From the human T2T-CHM13v2.0 reference genome, Homo sapiens: 64,000 nt of DNA. Within the stretch, counting starts at the first letter, position 1, and the number at the start of each line of letters is the position of its first letter. The position numbers were made by a program, and so were the translations under genes. The stretch lies in NCBI RefSeq assembly GCF_009914755.1, contig NC_060925.1; one strand, given 5' to 3'. The notes beneath the pieces are model-generated. The model was not told where the DNA came from, ran no database searches, and was given only the letters and a program-made list of their open reading frames with translations. Positions 1 to 12,471 of this stretch are shown here, in pieces.

Positions 1-470
1 GCATATTATTTATCTTATCTGATTTTCTAGCCTTTATTTTGAGAAAGAATATCATGCTGCATGTAGTCTTCCGGTACTTGCTTTTTTTCACTTAACCTAA
101 TTACTAATTAAGTTGGGTTTTTCTTCAAATGTTTATTGGCCAGCTATATTTTCTCTCTTGTGAAATGTCTGTTTCTATATTTTTGTTCACTTTCTGATTG
201 GTGCATTTATCTTTGCATTAATGATGTCTGGTTTTAAATATGAAAATATACATACACACACACACATATATACACATTATATACGTACACATATATATAT
301 AATTAATATTAATGTTTTTTCAATTACACATGTTGGAAATATCTTCTCCCAGTTTGTAGCTTGTCTTCATTTTCTTGAAGGAATTTTTGATAAACAGAAG
401 TTCTTAATTTTAATGCAATCAGTGTATCGATCTTTTACGTAAGTGCTTTGTGTATTTTGTTTAAGAAATC
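1..470 (-). mobile_element. Ancient L1M fragment with embedded (TA/CA)n
   Basis: T-rich diverged L1 antisense phrases (tgtttattggcc…ttgtgaaatgtctgtt; cagaagttcttaattttaatg). Confidence 0.6.
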
Positions 471-1089
471 CTGGGATCTCAGGAAAGCGTCTCACTCTGG
501 CTCACGGTGGGCACTTCATATATCACTGAATGAAGGAATGAATGAATGAATGAAAGGGCAAACGAGTGACTGAGTGGCCAGCACTTCAGTCACACTAAAA
601 ACATTAGGAACAGTAATTTATCCACCTCCCCAAGCCCCATGAGGAGAGCCTGTGTGTTAGCCGTAGCAGCAGACAGCTAACCTCCTGCCTCTTGTGCAGG
701 TCACCCAGGGAGGAAAAAGCCAGCGCAGACCTCGGCCAGGGCTCCCGACTCTGGAACACGCACCGCAGACCTATCCCTGGGGCTGCCTCCTAGAGCTAGT
801 AACGATTCTTACTTTCCAGGGCTGCTGTGGGGGTTAAATGGCTCAGATTGAGAAACCATTTGGCACATAGTAGCTAGTTTATTATATTAGCCAGTACTGA
901 TACCATCATCATCGTCATCATCATCATCACCTCATCACAGAGCGGGTGTTCAAAGATTATTTTTGAATGAGTGAATGAGCAGCTATGTCGGCTCGGGATG
1001 AACAGTGCTTGTTTTACAACTGAGGCCGGTAGACACAGCCACTGAGTCTCCGTCTCAAGCCTCATTCTTTTTTAAAAAAAATTATTATT

Positions 1090-1470
1090 GCTAATGTAAA
1101 TAACATTTTGATTAAAAATACCATTTCCAAATTAAAAAGAAATTACATGAGGCAGCTGGATTCTTCTCTCTGTTTTTTTCATTCAATCTGTTGCAATACA
1201 TTGTTTTGGTTGAAGAATAGGAAAAGAACCTGGCCTCATACTTCCAAGTAGTTTGAAAAGAGATGAGTGTCTTACTAGCCTTCTCAGGTAACACTGGGTA
1301 TCTTGTTTGACATCACACTGAAATTTGACAAGTTGGGGTTTCTTTGATAAGTAGTGGTTGATTAATGATGGGTTGTAAGTGGAATTCCATACCCATGCAT
1401 TTTGTACTCTATTACATTACAATGCGCTGGTTTATCTTACTTTGAGTGGACATTTTACCCATGCATGATT
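1090..1470. mobile_element. Charlie1-like hAT DNA transposon fragment
   Basis: cagctggattct…cattcaatctgttgc…ttttacccatgcatgattt resembles the recalled Charlie1 consensus. Confidence 0.6.
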
Positions 1471-1474
1471 TATT

Positions 1475-2150
1475 TAAAAGGCTTTATTGAAATGTAATTC
1501 ATATGCTATACAATTCAGCCACTTAAAGTATATAATTCAATAGTGTAAAGTGTGCATTTCAATTTAACTTGGTGGATTTTGGTGTATCTGCAGTGTGTGC
1601 AACCATCACCAATGTCAATTTTGGAACATACCATCACCTCAAAAAGAAACTGTGCCCTTTAGCTATCACTCTTCTATCCTCCTTCCACCCCCCCACTTAA
1701 GCAGCCACTTATCCATTCTCAGTCTCTTTAGAACATCCTATTCTGGACATTTCCTATCAATGAACAACACGTGGCCTTTCCTGTTTGGTTCTTACACTCA
1801 GCACCATGTTTTCAAAGGTTGTCCGTACACTCAGTGCCATGTAAATAACATTTTGATTAAAAATAACATTTGCAAGTTAAAAAGAAATTATATGAGGCGG
1901 CTGGATTCTTCTCTCTGTTTTTTCATTCAATCTGCTGCAATATGTTTTCAAAGGTCTTCCGTGTTGTGCCAAGTGTCAGCGTTCCCCTCCTGTTTCCGGC
2001 CACAGAATATGATGCCACTGTCTGGATAAATCACCTTGCATGTATCCGTCATCCACTGATGGGCATTTGGGTGTGTCCACTGTTTGACTGTTGCGCATAA
2101 TGCTGCTATTAACATGTGTGTACATGTGTGGACTTTCACTCCTCATTCTT
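1475..2150 (-). mobile_element. L1MB-type 3' end fragment
   Basis: gctttattgaaatgtaattcata…tgtgcaaccatcacc…ccatcacctcaaaaagaaac…ccactgatgggcatttggg. Confidence 0.75.
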
Positions 2151-2239
2151 AACACCCTGGGTGGGGTTACAGAGCCCAGGGGGGCTCTGTCTAATGCTGA
2201 AAGCCATTGGTGTGGCAGTACCTGGTGGATAGGGTCAGT

Positions 2240-2625
2240 GTGTTCTGGACAGAACTGTGGCCTCCAAAGACTCATATGCCAAAGCCCCAAACCTCCACTG
2301 AACATATTTGGAGACAGGGCCCTAAAGGAGGTAATTAAGGTTAAATGAGGCCATAAGAATGTGGTCCTAGTCCTATAGGACTGTTTTCTTATGAGCAGAG
2401 GAAGAGACATAAGGGTTGCACACACACACAGGGGGATGTTGGGGACACACGAGGACACAGCCAGAAGACAGCCACCTGCAAGCCAAGAAGAGAGGCCCAA
2501 GGAGAATCCAACCCTGACAGCACCTTGTTTTGGATTTTCAGGCTCCAGAACTGGGAGAAGATGAATTTCTGTCGTGTACCACCCCTAGTCTATGATCTTC
2601 TCTTATGGCAGCCCTAGGAATTGAA
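2240..2625 (+). mobile_element. MLT1A/B-like MaLR LTR
   Basis: tatttggagacagggcc…gaggtaattaaggttaaatgagg…ccagaactgggagaagatgaatttctg…tatggcagccctagg. Confidence 0.75.
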
Positions 2626-4098
2626 GATCGTCACTGCAGAACTGACTGTAGAATTTATTGTCCAAGCTAGGGTGCTTTGAGTGCAAAGGGGCCGCTGTGA
2701 ATCCAAGGACCACAGCTCCAGGCAGACCAGAACATATGGGTCACCCTGCTGGCCAAGAGCCCCCCTCCCTCTGGGGAACTCACTTCTCCTAGATTGGCAA
2801 TCACCTTCCTAAACACTACACAAAGAAAGCTACCTGCCCCCTCTTCCCATCTCAAGCTAGGGTTAATTAATATCTCCGATGTCCCAATCCCAGAACACTT
2901 AATAACTTTCTCATCTGTATCTTTGGGACTTGATATTTGATCAGAGGCATCTGGGCATGGAGAAAACCCAATCTCAGCAGACCCTCATCCCAAGTCCAGG
3001 TTTCAAAGGGATGCTTGTCTGGTCTATGTTTGCTGAAATTCAGTGGAACAAAATGGAAAATAATATGAGAGTAGAGACTTCATTTGTTGGATTCAGCCAT
3101 CACAGAATAAATTTTGGCTAAATGAATTGAAGAATGACTGAATCTAAACTGCCAATTGCTCTATTCAAAGAGAAGGTAAGCCAAATATGTGTGGGTTATT
3201 ATTTTTCTACCAAGTTTCTTAGAGGCACAGGCATCTCTGTATCCCGCATAGCATTTAGCAATACCTTGTGTACAGTCAGTCTTCTCTAAATTCCTACTGA
3301 ACAAGTTATGACTATCATGAACATGTGTGGCTGTGGCACACACTTTCCTACATTCTGATTCTACTAACTGTCTTCTGGGACCCAGACACTACCATTTCGC
3401 AGTAATACATGGGATCATTTTGCTCCTACAGGCAAGGAAGTCTAGGGAATGTAGTTTGCAGGTTTCTAACCCCTGAGAACAGGAGAGAATTTGGAAGGGT
3501 GGTGATGGTGCCGAGAACCACAGAAAATAGCCAGTGACCTTCGGAGATTTTCAATGAACAATTGTGCATTTATATCTTATGTATCTGTCTAGATTATGAA
3601 CGGCTTGTGAGGGCAGGGACCAAGGGTGTTTAATTTACCGAAGCATACTTGGGACCTAGGATCATGTGCAATAAATGCTTGCTACATAAAGCTTAAGTTA
3701 ATAGACACTTGATGGCTGTCCTCAGGTCTCAGATGTACACCAATTTCAATCAGTTTCACTGATAGTGGGCCTCATACCAACAATGGTGACTGTTCGAGAG
3801 TGCCCAATAGGACGGGTTTTCATAGTTCATCCTCAGCCTGGCCCCCAAGGCATGGTTCTTCCCCTCCCATTCTCTAGATGTGAAAATCACGGTCAGGGAG
3901 GTGATGTCAATGGTCTAAGATCATGCAGCTGGTAGGTGGTGGAGGTAGAACTTGAAATTATTTGTTTAATTCCCCAAAAAAAAAAAACAAAAAAAACAAC
4001 CAAAACCCAGAAACAAAAACAAAACAACAAAATTGTGTTCTTCTGAGTAACATGCTTCTTCTTGCTTGATACAAGTGTCTATACTGATTTCACGGACC

Positions 4099-4401
4099 TG
4101 TGTGTCCTGGGGGGCGGGGTGGGATGGCAGGGAGGGATGTGTCCTGGGGGGAGGCGTGGGATGGCAGGGAGGGACGTGTCCTGGGGGGGGTGTGGGATGG
4201 CAGGGAAGGATGTGTCCTGAGAAGGGGGGTGGGATGACAGGGAGGGACGTGTCCTTGTGGGGGAATGGGATGGGATGGCAGGGAGGGACGTGTCCTGGGA
4301 AGGGGGGTGGGATGGCAAGGAGGGATGTGTCCTGTGTGGTGGCAGGGAGGGACGTGTCCTGGGCGAGGGTGGGGGAATGGCAGGGAGGGACGTGTCCTGG
4401 C
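4099..4401. repeat. G-rich minisatellite, ~35-40 bp unit (GGGATGGCAGGGAGGGACGTGTCCTGGGG), ~8 copies
   Basis: Directly visible tandem copies. Confidence 0.92.
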
Positions 4402-4882
4402 AGTGCTCCTTCCCAGTGCAGACCCTGGATTGCTATCGCCACTTTCTATGGCTTGGGAAAAAGAAACTCCTTGAGTTCATTTGGGAAGCCTTGGACCTGA
4501 TTCAGCGTTTAAACATCTGCTCAGAAATGGAGATCCATGTTGCCCTCTCATGAGCCTTCTGTTGGTGCCTACAATAAAGAACCTTCATCAGAATGCACAC
4601 CCAGAGCCAGGAGGAGTCAGCCTCCTGGGAGACTCAGCATTTACCTCTTCACTTAGTGAAAAGTCCAGCAGCACTGGAACAAAGGGATAACGAATTTCTT
4701 AGCTTCACCACTCCATCCCAATGCCAATCTCAGCCAATAATATAACTTTGAGCTTTGGTGAAATCGGTGTAGATAAAATTGTATAAGGGATAATGTGAAG
4801 GCTTAGCTTAAAACCCATGTGTTATGTTTCTGTTTAGCCCTTTGACTCTACATTTATCTCAGTCTTCCTCTTTGATTATGAC

Positions 4883-5174
4883 TTTTTTTTTTTTGAGACA
4901 GAGTCTTGCTCTGTCGCCCAGGCTGGAGTGCAGTGGTGCGATCTTGGCTCACTGCCACCTCTGCCTCCTGGGTCAAGCTATTCTCCTGACTCAGCCTCCT
5001 GAGTAGGTGTGACTACAGGCATGCACCATCATGCCTGGCTAATTTTTGTATTTTTAGTAGAGATGGGGTTTCACCACGTTGGCCAGGCTGGTCTTGAACT
5101 CCTGACCTCAGGTGATCCACCTGCCTGGGCTTCCAAAGTGCTGAGATTACAGGCGTGAGTCACCATCCCTGGCC
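4883..5174 (-). mobile_element. Alu (AluS-like)
   Basis: Poly-T followed by gagacagagtcttgctctgtcgcccaggctggagtgcagtgg…cctggcc. Confidence 0.95.
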
Positions 5175-5289
5175 TACTATAACTTTTAGTAGCAGTAGTT
5201 AAGATTCTTCCCTAGAAAAAACTAAAACCCTGAAGAAATGAAGGCCTGTGTTTGAGTTTTAACTGCTTTGCAGTTAAGCACTTGCCCCC

Positions 5290-5830
5290 TTTGTCAATTT
5301 AGGGTTATATCTGGCCGAAAGTTATAGAAAACTGGAGTAAACTACAGCTTAAACTAATGAAAGATTTCCTTTTCTTGCCTGATAGCAAATCTGGAGACAG
5401 GTAATTTGGGGTTCAAATGGACATCTGTGATATCTCTGGGCCCTAGACTACTTGTATTATTTTTCCCTGGTATTATCAGAATGCAGCTTCTACCCTCAGA
5501 CCTGTTACTGCCTGATGACAACATGGCTGCTCCACCTTTTGCATCTCATCTGCATCCCAGCCAGGACTAAGGACACGGAAAGGAAAAAGATATGTGGAAA
5601 CAGGTCAGTCCTCTCCTTAAGAGCTTTGCCAGAAGTCACATCAAGCAACTTCTGCTTACACATCATTGGCCAGAGCTGTGTCACGATCAACTCTAGGTAT
5701 AAGAGAGGCTTGCAAATATAAACTCTTGGCTTGGCACATTTGTTATACCCCCTCCCTCTCCTCACCACCACCACCGCAGTTTTGTTAGTAAGGAAGAAGA
5801 GGAGAATGAACATTGGGTGGTCAGTGGGCA
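5290..5830 (-). mobile_element. Old MLT1 (J/K/L-like) LTR
   Basis: acttctgcttacacatcattggccagagctgtgtcac motif; diverged. Confidence 0.5.
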
Positions 5831-6851
5831 GCATGTCACCTTCTTAGCAATTAGCCATGTTCCATCAAATAAAACAAAAGCAAACATTGCACATCAGCGC
5901 ACTGTCAAAGGTGAGATTTAGGACCAGCATTGTACAGGGATCAGCTCTACTGTATGCAGGAAAATAACCATCAGGACAGCAATTCATAGCATTTGGATAT
6001 CGCTGCCTTGAACACATGCTGCCTGCTAGGGGTCCTGCTGCACCGCACAGTCAGAGCATGGGAAATCAACGGGCTGAGCTGTGACTTTGTCTCAAGTGTC
6101 CTCCATGGGATGTACTAAAGGAGGCCTTGGCATCGGGCAGGTCAGGTCTGGGTCATTTGTCAGCACTTCCCAGCTGAAGGCTCCTCTGACATATGCACCC
6201 CTGATCAGGCAGCCATGCTGGATGTTGCAAAACTGAACAGTTGGGTCATAGCCTGGACCCCAGCCTGGAGCTTCCTCTCCTAGGAACCAGCTCTCTGTCT
6301 AAGGAAAAGCCAGTGATTGCCTGGCTCTCTCCGTGGCCAGCCTCCACTTCAGTGCCCGGGCTGCATGGGTGTTAGATTTTTAAAATAGTAGGCCTAGGTA
6401 TGATAATGTTACCAACCCTTCTGGGTCTTTGTGGAGGTTAAATGAGATCACAAATGTGAAATGCATCCTGCCGAGGCTGATGCTTATAGACAGGGGTGAG
6501 TTTTAGTCTGAACTAGAGTGAACCAGCTGGGTCTCTGTTCTGCATCAGGCCACTCAATAAGTGAAATGTCTTCCTTCCTCCCCAGCATGTTCCAGAAGCT
6601 TCTTCAAGTCCAAGGACAGCAGCTCAGACAGGGAACTGCTGGAGGAAGTGGCTTTTCTGCTCAATTACCCTCTACCTTGGTGGTGGGTTGCCTGTATGCC
6701 ACCAGAGCTGCTGCTTGGGGATGAGGTCCTGCAATGACTGCCCAAAAAGGGGGCCACAGGAGGGTCAGCTGCTTTTTCATGTTTTAAGAATGGGTATCTT
6801 GGCAGATACTGAATCCCAACAAAATTCTAAAAAAATAATAATGCCGATGGT

Positions 6852-7602
6852 TTGATGGTGATGGTGGTGGTGGTGGTGGTGATGATGGTGGCTGTGATGG
6901 TGATCGTTGTGATGGTGGTGGTGATGGTGGTGATGGTCATGGTTGTAGTAATGGTGGTGGTAATGGTGATGGTGGTGATAGCGATAGTGATGATGGTGGT
7001 TGTGATGGTGGTGATGGTTGTGATGGTGATGGTCATGGTGGTGGCGATGATGATGGCGGTGGTGGTGATGATGATGGTGGTGGTGGTGATGATGGTGGTG
7101 GTGGTGGTGATGGTGGTGTTGGTGATGGTGGTGATGTTGGTGGTGATGGTGATGATGATGGTCTTGGTGATGGTGGTGATGATGGTGGTGATGTTGGTGA
7201 TGGTGGTGGTGGTGATAATGATGGTGGTGTTGGTGATGGTGGTAGTGATGATGTTGATGATAGTGGTGATGGTGATTGTGGTGGTGGTGGTGATAGTGGT
7301 GGTGGTGCTGGTAATGATGGTAGTAGTGATGATGATGATGGTGGTGGTGGTGTTGATGGTGGTGATAATGGTGGTGGTGATGTTGGTGATGGTGGTGGTG
7401 ATAATGACAGTGGTGGTGATGACGATGGCAGTGGTGTTGGTGATGATGGTGGTGGTGATAATGACAGTGGTGGTGATGATGATGGCACAGTGGTGGTGAT
7501 GATGATGGCAGTGGTGGTGGTGATGATGGTGGTGGTGATGATGGTGGTGATGCTGGTGGTGATGAGGAGGAGGGTGGTGATGATGGAGATGATGATGATG
7601 AT
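6852..7602. repeat. ~750 bp (GGT/GAT)n triplet low-complexity repeat
   Basis: Mosaic of GGT, GAT, GTT triplets; produces spurious poly-V/M, poly-T/I/H and poly-P/S ORFs. Confidence 0.95.
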
Positions 7603-7845
7603 TTTTTATTGGTATATAATATTTGTACATAGTTTGAAGGTATGTGTGATATTTTGATTCATGTATATAATGCATAATGATCAAATCAGGGTAATTAGGA
7701 TATCCATTCCCTTGACCATTTATCTTTTCTTCATGTTGGAAACTTCCCAATGCTTTTCTTCTAGCTATTTAAAAATGTACAATAAATTATTGTTGACTAT
7801 AGTCACCATACTGTACTATTAAACATGCGTATTAACCAACCTCTT
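7603..7845 (-). mobile_element. L1MA/L1PB-type 3' end fragment
   Basis: ataatgatcaaatcagggtaattaggatatcc…tcttctagctattt…tacaataaattattgttgactatagtcacc. Confidence 0.8.
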
Positions 7846-8169
7846 GAGGACTTTTATTGAACGACCACAGCTCTACCTTCTAGATAGAAGCACAACCCTG
7901 AAAGATGCATTATCTAGCCATCTTAGAATTAGAGGTGAACCCCATCACTCCTACAGCCCAGTGTTATTTACAAGTCCCCGCCTCTGGTGTCCACCTCATT
8001 GATCAAGGATCTATGTTGAGCTTTGGAGGCAGAAGAAGGGATGCAAACTCAGCATGCTTCATGGGAAACATGCTTCTTCTTTCTCACAAATTCTGACATT
8101 ATCAAGTTTAGGGGCCTGAGAAAAACAAGACATACATTATCTTCTCGAGTTGTTGGTGCCCGTGAGTGT

Positions 8170-8545
8170 AGAAGATTGTATGACGGTGCAGTGTCCCGTA
8201 TCCTCCCTGTGTGAGGTTTACACTTTCTCACTCCCCACCCAACATCAGCCTGGCCCTGTGACTTGCTTTGCCAATGAAATGTGAGTGGATGTGACATATG
8301 CCTCCTCCCAGCAGAAGCCACAAGGGCTATGGCATGGTTCTGCCTTGATTCCTTGCCCTGTGCTATGTGACTGGGATGTCCCAGGTAAGAGCAACTCCTT
8401 CAGGTTGGGTAACAGGATGAAGACAGCATGGAGCAGGGCAGATGCCTGCTGTTGGAGTTTGTAAGCATGAACAAGAAATTGACCTTTGTTGAGTTAAGCC
8501 AATTCTGGGGGTTGTTTGTTGTTGCAATATAATCTAGTGCAAGCT
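8170..8545 (+). mobile_element. MLT1I/J-like LTR
   Basis: ggccctgtgacttgctttgccaatgaaatgtgagtggatgtgac…aagaaattgacctttgttgagttaagcc. Confidence 0.65.
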
Positions 8546-8779
8546 GGCTGATGTGGTTTATGAATTGACTTGGAAGAGGCATCGATAGCCCAGGCTCAAA
8601 GCTGGTGTCCAGCTTTGCCACTTCTGCATGGAGCTGATGGTCTCCAGAACCTGGTTGGCTGCTCCCAGGTCAGACCTCCAGCTCTACCTGCTTGCACGTC
8701 ATCCATTTTGGGAGCTCCTCTTCCCAGGCCATGATTGTTCCCAGTGACCCTCATTCACTAGCACTTTCTTTACCCCCTT

Positions 8780-9465
8780 AAGGCTCAGTCAACATGATGA
8801 GTGCATGTTCTTACCTCCTGTACTCAGGGCTCAGTCAGCAAGATGAGTATATACTCTCACCTCCCCTACTTAGGGCTCAGTCAACAAGATGAGTACATAC
8901 CCTCGCCTCCTGTACTTAGGGCTCAGTCAACAAGATGAGTACATACTTCCACCTCCTGTACTCAGGGCTCAGTCAACAAGATGAGTACATGCTCTCACCT
9001 CCTCTACTCAGGACTCAGTCAACAAGATGAGTACATACTCCCACCTCCTGTACTCAGGCCTCAGTCAACAAGATGAGTACACACTCTCACCTCCTCTACT
9101 CAGGGTTCAGTCAACAAGATGAGTACATACTCCCACCTCCTGTACTCAGAGTTCAGCCAACAAGATGAATACATACTCTCACCTCCCATACTCAGGACTC
9201 AGTCAACAAGATGAGTGCAGCTCTCACCCCCTTTACTCAGGGCTCAGTCAACAAGATGAGTACATACTCTCACCTCTACTCAGGGCTCAGTCAGCAAGAT
9301 GAGTACATACTCACACCTCCTGTACTGAGGGCTCAGTCAACAAGATGAGTACATACTTCCAACTCCTGTACTCAGGGCTCAGTCAACAAGATGAGTACAT
9401 ACTCTCACCTCCTCTACTCAGGGCTCAGTCAACAAGATGAGTGAATACACACACCTCTCCTACTA
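8780..9465. repeat. 46-bp minisatellite, ~15 copies (CTCAGGGCTCAGTCAACAAGATGAGTACATACTCTCACCTCCTGTA)
   Basis: Directly visible tandem copies with period ~46. Confidence 0.95.
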
Positions 9466-11078
9466 GCAGAACCAGACCTTCAGGGCCAGTGATGTTATCT
9501 CTCGATGTTATGTGAAACCAAGTGCCTGACTCTTTCATGTCCCCATTTCCCCCCTTCCCTTAAATCCAAACTATTTATCTCAAGTCCCATCCTGAGGACT
9601 GTGTGAATTTCTGCATTTACTCCTGCTTGTCCCCTATCCAAGGTCCAGAATCCTCTATAATATGAGGAAGGAAGGTCCTATTTCCTAAGTTTCTTTCCAA
9701 GTTAGTCGGAGGGTCCCAAGTCTTCCTCTTGCTCCTCTGGCCACTACGGCCTTCCCCTCTGGCTGCCCTACAGTAGAGACACCTCTTCCATCACTCCTCC
9801 ACACACCTGCAGCACAAGCCTGACTTCTGTGGAGGTTTTCTAGAAGAGGACAGAGCTGCAACACAGGACAGAAATCTGAGATTCTTGTCCCAGTCACAGT
9901 TATGAGAAAGCATAAGGGCTTCACTGGTCACCTTATGCCCCTGGCCCTCCCCTTTGGGGCTTCCCTGGTGTGGACCCTACTCTTGGACTCCCCTCTTCTC
10001 TCTAATTTCCCACCCCAGACCTTCCAATCCCAGCAATGCCAGGCAACTGCTTTCAAATTGTGTCACTTTACTTTGCAATGCAAATTAACCTTCTTTTTCT
10101 TCATCCCTCTCTATCTAAATAGAAGAGGCAAACTGATCAACACAGGAGATCCATAAAAGCCTTGAGATGAGAGTTTTTCTCCATTCTGGGCCAGATCAAA
10201 TTCTTAGGTGGCCCTCTTTCCATCTGTACCCGGAGGCTATCACTTGCTCAGAGCAAGCCAAGGAATCCCGTCTTCCTCTCTCTGATGCATGGGTACACTT
10301 TCACAGGCAGTTCAGACCTGGCATTTTCTCTTGCCGGCCAGTGCTGGGCTGCAGGATGATTGTCTTGTGAGTCATTTTGTGGGTGGGAGTACAGCTTCTT
10401 GGCTCCCACCTCTGCCCCAAGGCTTGGTCTCTGCCTTGCGCTCAGCTATGCGTGTAGTGCAGCTGTGTGCAGCCTCACCCAGGAAACAGCTCAGGTGCCA
10501 GGGGGAGGAAACCCCAAATCTCCAGCATATAACCTCCCTGAGAAGGAAAAGCGACTTTGCGTCACTCCCCCTGCCCCCGACAACCATGAGCTTCCTGCAA
10601 GTTTTACTGGGAGGGGGGTAGCCAGGAAGATAGGAGAGTCAGGGAAGACACTCCTGTGAATGCTTTCAAGAAACTTATAATAATTTTAATCAGCATTTTC
10701 CCTTCCATTTAAAATCACAAACTTAGCTACTTAATCAAATGTCATGGTTAAGACACATTTACCTCCTTGGGAGAAAAATGAACAATGGCAGCTCAATTTG
10801 GCTTTGGATGGGTTTTAAAAATAGTCAAGTCTGTGAAGGCCATTAGATAAATGGCCTCAGAGAGCTTCAAAGAGGACCTCCTGCAGGGGCCTGCTGGCTC
10901 CTTTGTTGGGAAAATAGGGGAGGGGACTAGGTGAGGAGACCGCAGGGGTTCCCCAGGGTTTCAGGCTGTGGACTTCCCCCAGCGGGGAGAAAGGGCCAGA
11001 ATTAGCAGGGTGACCGGAAGAACTTTCCACAGCATGAACATCTGAACAGTTCCCTTTTGTATCGCCGAAGCTGGGAGG

Positions 11079-11123
11079 CGTGTGTGTGTGTGTGCGCGCG
11101 CACACGCGTGTGTGTGTGTGTGT
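11079..11123. repeat. (TG)n-(CG)n-(CA)n alternating purine-pyrimidine tract
   Basis: cgtgtgtgtgtgtgtgcgcgcgcacacgcgtgtgtgtg. Confidence 0.85.
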
Positions 11124-11314
11124 TGGGTGGGAGTGACATACACACAGCTTCCCAATCCCCAAGGGAAGAAAAATGAACCAGTTAGAAATATGAGAGCCAT
11201 CAATGTATAGAAAACCAGTTCTAGAAATGCTGAAATGCAAGTTAAGGTTTTGTCGTTTTACAGTCTGTAAAAAAAAAAAAAGACAATGATTTTGTCATCG
11301 AAATAATAATAATA

Positions 11315-11600
11315 AGCTGGGCGCGGTGGTTCAGGCCTACAATCCCAGCACTTTGGGAGGCCAAGGTGGGTGGATAACCTGAGGTCAGGAGTTCGAGACC
11401 AGCCTGACCAACATGGTGAAACCTTGTCTCTATTAAAAATACAAAAATTAGCCGGGCGTGGTGGTGCACACCTGTAATCCCAGGTACTCGGGAGGCTGAG
11501 ACAGGAGGCTGAGACAGGAGAACCTGGGAGGCAGAGGTTGCAGTGAGCTGAGATCATGCCATTGCACTCCAGCCCAGGTGACAGAGTGAGACTCCATCTC

Positions 11601-11643
<43 letters not shown>
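11315..11643 (+). mobile_element. Alu (AluS-like) with (AAT)n tail
   Basis: gctgggcgcggtggttcaggcctacaatcccagcactttgggagg…gagactccatctc(AAT)~14. Confidence 0.95.
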
Positions 11644-12471
11644 GGTGGATTGCTCTTTTTGGAGAGAGGCAGACCTGAGTTACCCTAGAGAAAAAGGAAA
11701 TCAGTGTACCCTGGTCCCAAATCCTAATTTTAAGCCTGGGTGAGGGCAGAGGGCATCCTCCGTCCCCATAGACTGAAGAAGCCCTCACTCACCCGGGGCA
11801 GCAGCTGTAGTCTTAAGGCTCTGACTTCGCCTGGAGACTTCTGCAGGGCTTGTTCCCATCTCGGTTGTCAGAAAACACTTCCTTCTACTATTTTCTTTGT
11901 CCAGAGATTCCCAGGGTACTTGGATAGAATTCAAAGGGTCTTTCAACTCGTATGGGGGAAAACTGGCATCTTTATTTAACCCTAACTGAGACTTGGCATT
12001 TCCTTTCATTATCAATGTCGGTGGCAGAGCTCAGTGCCTGTGACCGTCAAACATAGAAAGCACTGGCATTTCCATATCACACTGCCATGGCTGCAGTTAC
12101 CTCAGGATATTATTGCTGCATATCTGGACTTCAAAAGGAACGTAATTTAGGATCTGTCAATTGCTTACTAAGTGTATTAATAAATAATATATACGGCTAT
12201 ATCAGAAATTTGTTTTTATTACTCTTTTGATAATGCATTTGCATAGAATTGGTTTCCTAATAATCCTGGGCTTTTTCATCTATGCACTTAGAAGCCATTC
12301 TGAGAGAGGTCAGCAGGTGTCCACAAGGCTGCCCAAGGGGTTCCTGGAGCCGACACGGTCCGGTCCGGAGCCCCTCCCTGCCCTGCTGGCTCCTAGTGTG
12401 CGAAGCCGGCCCCTTCCAGGCCCACTCCGGTTGCAGGAAGGGCCTCCCTGGTGCAGCACCGCCTCCTCACA

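Noticed and set aside
6827-7750. 307-aa His/Thr/Ile ORF, 215-aa Val/Met ORF and mucin/extensin-like ORF
   Set aside because: Translations of a triplet repeat plus L1 sequence; no splice or promoter support.
8780-9465. CRISPR-like appearance of the 46-bp array (also the 52-bp and 32-bp arrays)
   Set aside because: The variable portions are homologous to each other, not unique spacers; no cas genes; eukaryotic context.
11242-11788. Alu-derived ORFs (also 30689-31232, 36608-36901, 48211-48501)
   Set aside because: Standard Alu translation signatures ([13 protein letters not shown]…), not genes.
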